A stretch of DNA of 12,435 nt from an uncultured Candidatus Poseidoniales archaeon. Its GTDB lineage: Archaea; Thermoplasmatota; Poseidoniia; Poseidoniales; Thalassarchaeaceae. The notes beneath the pieces were generated by a model, which saw only the letters and a list, made by a program, of their open reading frames with translations, was not told the DNA's origin and ran no database searches. Numbering within the stretch: the stretch's first letter is position 1; each line of letters starts with the position of its first letter. Shown piece after piece: positions 8,201-12,435 of the stretch. The translations under genes and the position numbers were made by a program. The DNA is taken from the NCBI GenBank assembly GCA_964645485.1, contig CAZXZO010000006.1, positions 62,798-75,232 of the forward strand, read 5' to 3'.

Positions 8201-11200
8201 ATCTGCAACTGTGTAAGTAATTTCATTTGTTAACTTATGATAAATGTCAACTAATTCAGGCATTTCTAGGACCGTAGTCAAGAAAACTCTACCAAGTGCT
8301 AAGCGAGCATTCTGCCTGTGAATTGAAGATGAAACATCATCAAAACTCTCAACAATATCTTTTGTGTACCAATAATTTCCGATTACTTGGTGACTGAATT
8401 CATCAACAACTTCATCGTTCCTGTCCTTGGATTGATTGAATTGAATCAATGCATCATTTTCATTGTTGAAATCACCGCCGATTTGCTCTTCACTTTCGTA
8501 TACTCGATAGATTGTAGCAGAGGTAGGCATTCCATTGTAATCAAGCACATGGCCTTCACCAAGCGAAATTGCGCCGGCTTTCTTAGTGATTGAGAAAGAG
8601 CGGTCGGTTAAATCTTCAACCCCATTTTCCCCACCTAAGGTATTCAGGAGGAAGAATTCCTCAATTTGACTGTCTGTCATGTGGTCTTGTAAAATACGCT
8701 CGAAGTCAGGAGTAAATGTGCCACCGTTGTATCTCAAATCACCCTCAGCGAGAGTCATAGTGTATAGCGAAAGTAAGTCATGGTCACTTTGGGCTAACAA
8801 CATATTTCCTGCAGCAGGAATTCCCGATTGGAAGTTGTCAGCGACTGTTGGATGCTTACCTTGAGCCAATGCCTGGAAGCCATAATCCCACCATGAAACA
8901 AATGCAGGCCTTTGCCCAAATGGGACATCAGCATCTTGCTCTTCAAGCCATTGATAGCCTTCATTCCAATATTGTCCATTGAACCCAGGTCCAAATGCAC
9001 CCATGTACCAACAACTGCTTTCCTTGGAGGCTCCCCGGCAATGACTGGGCGGATTATATTGAGTTGAATCTAAGAAAGACCAACCAAAGATAGGGTCTTC
9101 CGCGCGTAGAATATTCGGGGTTAGATTGTATATGTTTGAATCTATATCCTTAGCCTTTGAATTCCCCGATGGGATTCCTGAATCTAATCCATAGGTAGCA
9201 TGTTGTGCACCTACTAACAGGAAAACCATCAATATCGCAACTACTCCAGGGAATTTTCTAGCAGTCTTAGTTGTTGAAGAGAAGCGTGCTCGTGGTGAGC
9301 CAATTCCAAGCCTTCTCCAAGCCTTAGCGAAATCAGTTCCACCAACCCATTGCCACATGATGACGAATGCCCAAGCACCCATCACAGCAACTGGAGGAGT
9401 TGCATTGAAAATGAATCTTCCAGCACGCCAAGCCATTACCCCAGCAACTAATATCCAAATTGCTAGAACTAGTCTGCTACTATCACGACGTCGGAGACCT
9501 TGCCAAAGGGCAATGAATCCGGCAAATAATGCTGCCAATGCAACAATCGGGCCAAATGATGCGAACAACATGGCTCTACTCGGAGCCTGTGCTTCCGCAA
9601 TAGTATCGAAGATCTTGTTCTTTGATAGATAGTATCCACCTGTGAAGAGAACATCCCAGCCGTTGTATAATCCAATAAATTGAATCAACCATAGTGCACC
9701 AAGGATGACACCCGCAAGAGCACCACCACTGACCAAAACCAGCAACCATGGTTTATCACGGAATGAAACTGCAACCCAACCGGCTGCAAATGTGAATCCT
9801 ACAATGTAGAACATTGGTTGGAAACCACTTGCATCGAATACCAATCCTAATTGCATATGTGCATAGAATGGTAGTGGTATCAAGAAAGTAACCAGCATCA
9901 TTGTCATAGCAGACACATACAATGCCATACTGTCCCTTCTGCGGAATTGATTAATCACAATCTGAGCGAAGAATGCCAAGAAGACGATTCCAAGACCATA
10001 GACGAATCCTTTCCAACCTAATGCAACAGTTGAGAATGCAATACCAGATAGAATGGCATTAGCAATTGCTCCTTGTCGCTTTTCAAAAGTGGCTTTGATT
10101 CCTTTAAACAAATATGCAGGTGACCAATTTGCATTGGGCACCATTTTGTCATCTCCTGCAGCCTTAACTGCTTTCAGCCAGAAATAGAATCCGAGTGAAA
10201 GGAAGAGAATTGCAAATGCATCGTGGTCAGCCAAAGCGAAGGTGCTGTGACCAACGTGACCAGGCATCAAAGCAATCAACCAAGCCGCAACTGCACCAGT
10301 TGCACGACCGAAGAATCGGTTGCCAATTCCAGCAATTGGAAGCACAGTTAGTGCTCCGTAAATTGCTGGTAGAGCGGCTACTGACCACCAAACAGCTTCT
10401 GATGATGGAACATCAAGCAGAGGCGCTAACATCATGCCTCCAACTGCCAAACTCCACGAAAACAATGGTGGACGTGGGTTGATAGCACCAAGTGGATATG
10501 AACGGTCCATATCAATAATGAAATGATTATGTTCAGCAATGATGTACTCAACTGTTCTCATCATGTACCATGGGTCAGAACCACCAGTCAAATCCCACTC
10601 ATGAGTACCACTAGAGTTCATGAACGGAATGACATTCCATACGACACGAACTAGCAAGCCAAAGAATAGAGCAGCACCGACTGTGATACCGTACCAATGC
10701 TCTGACCAAAATTGCTTAGCAAGACCTGGGTTCCTTCTCGGTGAGCTGTCCCCTAATTTTCCTTTGACACTTAACATCACAACTAGCACATTGAGCCAGA
10801 AGAAGATGAAGAACCAAACAAACATACCATTATTTCCTGAAAAATATGAGTGCCATTCTTGTGAACCATTCATAATTATTCCATTCTCATGGAAAGAGCC
10901 AAGTGAGAAAATTAACCAGTTCATACCGATTAAACCTCCACGAGTACGCATGTTTTCTGCAAAGCAGTAAGCAGTTAGTAGTGCAATAACACCAGTAAAT
11001 AGTGGCCACCAAACTCCGATTGAATCGCCTGAAACCCTCTGAACTTCTGTTGCTGAGAAGAAAGATGCTTCTGATATTAGGTGGGCTGCCAGCCAGACTC
11101 CAAATGCCGCAAACAAAGGAATGTATGCTTTATTTTCGATTTTTTCTGGAAGAAGAGAGAACCACCCCTTTGTGCTAGGCTTGACAAATCTGCCACGAAT

Positions 11201-11806
11201 TCCCAATGTGACTAGGATTCCAGTAACGATTGATATCATCCAGCCGTTGAAGAATAGGAATGCTGTTGCCTCCCTATGTCCGTCCATTGAACCCCACACA
11301 TTCTCTGTGAGAGTGGGGAGCCAAGCCCCGTTCACGTACTGAGTACCGTCCCAAGAAGGGGCGGCAACAGCAGCAAAGGATAGTGCCGCGTAGAAGCCCA
11401 TCACAATCCAAATGAGAAGGTTCGCTTCATCGTTGCGACCGACCCTATCGAAAATGTGGACTCCGAATGCTAATGTTAGGAATAACACTCCAAGTAGAGT
11501 GTTCCCTAGAATCAACTGTGGAATCGCTGCTGCGATTACCAATGGCGAGTAGATTAGCAATGTGACCTGTGCAGGCTTCACTCCGAGGTTTGAGAAGACG
11601 ATTCTTGGCACACTGCCGAACATTGCGCCGATCGTGAGTAACACGAACGGCAATACTTGCGTCATAATTGCTGTCTCTTGATCATAGGTCACACCTAGTG
11701 GATACATTGCCATTGTCATCAGCAGCAGAATTAGTGCCGCTAATGGTGCTCTAGCAAGCCCCCACGCTACATTACGTAGCACAGATGCGTTTCCTTCATT
11801 TTCCAT
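2222..11806 (-). CDS. aglB: Giant oligosaccharyltransferase AglB/STT3 (~3,194 aa) with an extra N-terminal multi-TM domain and a C-terminal Cna-B/carboxypeptidase-regulatory-like and Ig-like extension with a TM anchor
   Basis: STT3 motifs occur in the right order: GSDPWYMMR (10565-10576), LADHDAF (DHD 10220-10228), TIAE (9593-9604), SWWDYG (WWDYG 8879-8893) and VADNFQ, in a core with about 13 TM helices. I place the start at the ATG at 11806 (MENEG), which has a GAGGT SD; the ORF track starts 30 codons earlier at a GTG. TGA stop at 2222-2224. Confidence 0.93.
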   Translation of the reverse strand: MENEGNASVLRNVAWGLARAPLAALILLLMTMAMYPLGVTYDQETAIMTQVLPFVLLTIGAMFGSVPRIVFSNLGVKPAQVTLLIYSPLVIAAAIPQLILGNTLLGVLFLTLAFGVHIFDRVGRNDEANLLIWIVMGFYAALSFAAVAAPSWDGTQYVNGAWLPTLTENVWGSMDGHREATAFLFFNGWMISIVTGILVTLGIRGRFVKPSTKGWFSLLPEKIENKAYIPLFAAFGVWLAAHLISEASFFSATEVQRVSGDSIGVWWPLFTGVIALLTAYCFAENMRTRGGLIGMNWLIFSLGSFHENGIIMNGSQEWHSYFSGNNGMFVWFFIFFWLNVLVVMLSVKGKLGDSSPRRNPGLAKQFWSEHWYGITVGAALFFGLLVRVVWNVIPFMNSSGTHEWDLTGGSDPWYMMRTVEYIIAEHNHFIIDMDRSYPLGAINPRPPLFSWSLAVGGMMLAPLLDVPSSEAVWWSVAALPAIYGALTVLPIAGIGNRFFGRATGAVAAWLIALMPGHVGHSTFALADHDAFAILFLSLGFYFWLKAVKAAGDDKMVPNANWSPAYLFKGIKATFEKRQGAIANAILSGIAFSTVALGWKGFVYGLGIVFLAFFAQIVINQFRRRDSMALYVSAMTMMLVTFLIPLPFYAHMQLGLVFDASGFQPMFYIVGFTFAAGWVAVSFRDKPWLLVLVSGGALAGVILGALWLIQFIGLYNGWDVLFTGGYYLSKNKIFDTIAEAQAPSRAMLFASFGPIVALAALFAGFIALWQGLRRRDSSRLVLAIWILVAGVMAWRAGRFIFNATPPVAVMGAWAFVIMWQWVGGTDFAKAWRRLGIGSPRARFSSTTKTARKFPGVVAILMVFLLVGAQHATYGLDSGIPSGNSKAKDIDSNIYNLTPNILRAEDPIFGWSFLDSTQYNPPSHCRGASKESSCWYMGAFGPGFNGQYWNEGYQWLEEQDADVPFGQRPAFVSWWDYGFQALAQGKHPTVADNFQSGIPAAGNMLLAQSDHDLLSLYTMTLAEGDLRYNGGTFTPDFERILQDHMTDSQIEEFFLLNTLGGENGVEDLTDRSFSITKKAGAISLGEGHVLDYNGMPTSATIYRVYESEEQIGGDFNNENDALIQFNQSKDRNDEVVDEFSHQVIGNYWYTKDIVESFDDVSSSIHRQNARLALGRVFLTTVLEMPELVDIYHKLTNEITYTVADSEGSPGDTITRNHDIRYFGVDNRLYPTGGSYQTSGGNPTGIFYAPTTLAGLDPETYMKTWYVTQRGSSNFVVDMTQAEYEEQYKNDIVMSESQDVDIIQAVDLRVDQEPEFFDTMVARTYIGYGSPQLGIPGKIAQPGQHFDLRGSSNSSLQYAYPLPGAMMPNFVIANWYNEEATETTPWYDANTGVKILKYYSGATLSGEVKLGDFGVVPKARLLIERDAYSGEDIFDEDPREYWIPIGTVDADENGRFEFRVPAGHIRVTAFSGFAEDEQVLRNQDRDAIVSAQNSFQDWQEWFADILGESTGDVREVNPITGILANVSGGKLLGEMDFNVTGAQADTNGGAVISKSMTIEASSATGIVTWEGHSSFNGLPLSDHELIFTDIWTEEELEHIWTTNGTVTSTDEHPRVFRGEGEVTFTGAGLVVTDGDVLVSDFTGNYTRQIANNHSFTGVGTFSGDGQFVGDITSSGTIPTCVNETIPESSEMCSLEGSDPVTYLFSGTFDGTGKVTANGSVDYTADLYRETLVGNGIFFTDGTDESLDTFGTINGSGTFSGAGIFSGSMVEPGSFHLVDALPGSYRVFVVLPNGNITRLSTPLEVETTATSGVELHLPGSWIDGDLAWFDGEPVANTDLYLTEVSIDEEATEPCTEVLFAPCIITTDENGSFGYGPIPDGSYEMVMDSDGDGFNECVPWRTPATVQFCDGRAAITATIDPMNFTMASDDAAIPMHYDMEFTLMKDLGGGSVEPVTDEIINFHSVLLSDDEYVESIYDNESGTYRVELPEGEWVANTSSSGGELMLWEEFELTEDVSDLSWMLRRSINVTGQILVDTGKAETPEEGVPNIEVKFQWGGITTSTQTSYGSEAGNFSVLLPEGVEVNMTTVSIANQMSNGTKFTVSDDVSPVILRVEEGMLVDGMLYLFENQTAYTPHVPGFANVQLHAYQVDQDVHWYFDIDPETGRFSQKLMEGNWTFDVSDERLNVEALEVEVSDSNIAKISNVELIANPSNVTVDVSAFLDHSLDGNITNGTLVEIDFAFVPISGGSVGTRLNISAEQMANGSIETSLQPGVYTIAIDAQNKINGSDFDTVLIDNDLILELGLDNTTTVFTELILEPSWKVEASLINQSGGVLDNLSVTFNSVDSEKSFQIVADENGTISDYIPEGDWIVVVDRTLVSDTYEQFRGAISANETSSRTGLLWRSLESSEVAIHLSEGDTGDPLTGFSLTATSSDGYGEVVLPYTDDQGNMVGYLYPGDWVVSLNRTESMDRWVLEDQQLATLSAGQNLSNINFSVEHWVTLGGNLFWDLDSDDEYDFNEGVEGANITVFGGGLDEPVNLTSSAYGTWQLFVPSVNNYSVEASQLGFSSVSIVAQVSTVSNSTDLELTAGNVTISGLVDYVQMELWDDFSDDVVLTLMPASGIERDSRTPTKVMATDGSWDGEWIADVEPGDWILSATVVDEGIVGISIVEADVHDGTHVNSTMIQGGTMSLSTNWIDFEGASHDLSETNVAGAEIIGTPEIKITILGTISWNETVDSNGEINFLLPAGDLYLDGVFETNERGMAMVYRAGLTSSISAQQEAPATTFNYNRILEHSIDFNVTSISGAEQTDDSNEEVNALYANESAYQVIEFTVNLTYNGNEAFDEYTVGTVFDAEDGDHWNIEFYNGTDENGTEMWSETTPVTLGLDGEDTTSIRMRVTTADVEDAQSISGGHVIKLRTTHSTGTFSEYVLKVHIPQTYSIEIISSPEDTIGVFPGEERRVEFVIKNTGNGQDMLGFDIDTSWLPESWSATGPSESPWAHGEERTYSFTIFAPAGADTTPFTLTLNINSTDGTAYDPIELQVKAAKPVLNFVVENTGTFNGEDAVSGKSNKMIVVVENTGLVGAKSIRVNISIEGYDDIYIVSESKDIAIGESAEYILFIDLDDVGIGTKNFVFTLQSEFGLDLDVESDESITRALKVATPPPESVNVWVPLIIIAAFILGFIGFRRIRDSISGQMPF
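2330..3450 (-). other. About three C-terminal Ig-like domains (NPCBM-associated/NEW3-like and CARDB-like) within AglB
   Basis: Patterns such as 'VEFVIKNTGNGQD...PESWSA' and 'MIVVVENTGLVGAKSIRVNISIEG...DIAIGES' resemble NEW3 and CARDB repeats of archaeal surface proteins. Boundaries are approximate. Confidence 0.55.
3570..7620 (-). repeat. About 11-12 degenerate Cna-B/carboxypeptidase-regulatory-like (prealbumin-fold) protein repeats within AglB
   Basis: A recurring T/A-D-x-x-G-x-(F/Y)-x4-5-P-x-G-x-(W/Y) motif: ADENGRFEFRVPAGHI, TDENGSFGYGPIPDGSY, DNESGTYRVELPEGEW, DPETGRFSQKLMEGNW, ANGSIETSLQPGVY, ADENGTISDYIPEGDW, TDDQGNMVGYLYPGDW, DSNGEINFLLPAGDL and others. Confidence 0.75.
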
Positions 11807-11813
11807 TTCTATT

Positions 11814-11818
11814 ACCTC
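11814..11818 (-). promoter_or_regulatory. Shine-Dalgarno GAGGT for aglB
   Basis: GAGGT lies 7 nt upstream of the ATG at 11806. Confidence 0.65.
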
Positions 11819-11867
11819 GGTTGTTGTCAGTCTTACGACCTTCAGCGTGGCGGCCACCTGACCCCTT

Positions 11868-11874
11868 TTTTTAA
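11868..11874 (-). promoter_or_regulatory. Candidate TATA box (TTAAAAA) upstream of aglB
   Basis: This is the only AT-rich patch in the GC-rich purD-aglB spacer, about 62 nt upstream of the ATG at 11806. Confidence 0.35.
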
Positions 11875-11952
11875 CCGTTGCCAAACGAGCGCGCACCCGC
11901 CTACGCGCACGTAAGGGCCATAGGCGTAGTCCAACACTTGGAATTTTATTCT

Positions 11953-12435
11953 CTACAACGCTCTAAAACCAATGTCCGAACGATAGTGAGAACCCTGCAA
12001 TATGATGCCATTCATCAATGAATATGCAAGATTTCTAGCCTCTTCCAAGTTTGACCCGATGCCTGTGCAAGCAAGAACTCTGCCACCACTTGAGAGCAAA
12101 TCACCATCACTTCCATGCTTTGTCCCCGCATGATGAATGAACGCGCCGCCGTCCGCGTTTGCAATCAGCCCAAGTTCAATTGAAATAGGCAATCCTTTAC
12201 GCGGAGAATCAGGATATCCTTCCGCTGCAAGAACAACTGTCAACGCTGATGAATCGGTAAATTCAGGAGTGTGAGAACCCACTTCTCCAGAAGCAACTGA
12301 AAACAATAATTCGTAAAGGTCACTAGAAATTAATGGTACAGTAACTTGTGTTTCAGGGTCACCGAATCGTACGTTATACTCGACAACATAAGGGTCACCC
12401 AATTCATTAATCATTAGCCCAACATAGAGGCAACC
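11953..12435 (-). CDS. purD: Phosphoribosylamine--glycine ligase (GAR synthetase), C-terminal part; the gene starts beyond the window
   Basis: The frame is open to base 12435 (GCLYVGLMINELGDPYVVEYNVRFGDPETQ). PurD signatures EYNVRFGDPETQ, VVLAAEGYP, HAGT, SGGRVL and YRSDIG are present. TAG stop at 11953-11955. Confidence 0.96.
   Translation of the reverse strand, partial: GCLYVGLMINELGDPYVVEYNVRFGDPETQVTVPLISSDLYELLFSVASGEVGSHTPEFTDSSALTVVLAAEGYPDSPRKGLPISIELGLIANADGGAFIHHAGTKHGSDGDLLSSGGRVLACTGIGSNLEEARNLAYSLMNGIILQGSHYRSDIGFRAL

Noticed and set aside
525-10970. Numerous plus-strand ORFs of 60-130 aa and short alternate-frame minus-strand ORFs
   Set aside because: They are antisense or frame shadows of the real minus-strand genes, with no recognisable motifs and no RBS support that I noticed.
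2222-11806. Intein as an explanation for AglB size
   Set aside because: I saw no C/S...HN-C/S/T splice junctions or LAGLIDADG motifs. The extra length consists of surface-protein repeats.
11807-11896. 30-codon N-terminal extension of AglB in the ORF track (MRARLATVKKRG...)
   Set aside because: It starts at a GTG with no SD and overlaps the candidate promoter. The ATG at 11806 has a well-spaced GAGGT.

Overview
Archaeal chromosomal window with four genes, all on the minus strand. Thermoplasmatota, probably Marine Group II/Poseidoniales, is my inference from the protein families, the form of the AglB and the GGTGA/GAGGT ribosome-binding sites. In transcription order the genes are: (1) the 3' end of purD; (2) a giant oligosaccharyltransferase AglB/STT3 of about 3,194 aa; (3) a membrane-anchored S8 subtilase with no visible propeptide; (4) the 5' part of a secreted, probably beta-helical surface protein that is missing from the ORF track because it runs off the left edge. 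The AglB keeps its catalytic motifs (DPWY, DHD, TIAE, WWDYG). It is fused to an extra N-terminal domain of about 10 TM helices and to a ~1,770-aa C-terminal stalk of Cna-B/carboxypeptidase-regulatory-like and Ig-like repeats that ends in a second membrane anchor. N-glycosylation sequons are dense in the stalk and nearly absent from the catalytic domain. I found no RNA genes, mobile elements or CRISPR arrays. The main candidate for a novel system is a cell-surface glycoprotein maturation locus: giant modular OST, surface protease and a putative substrate.
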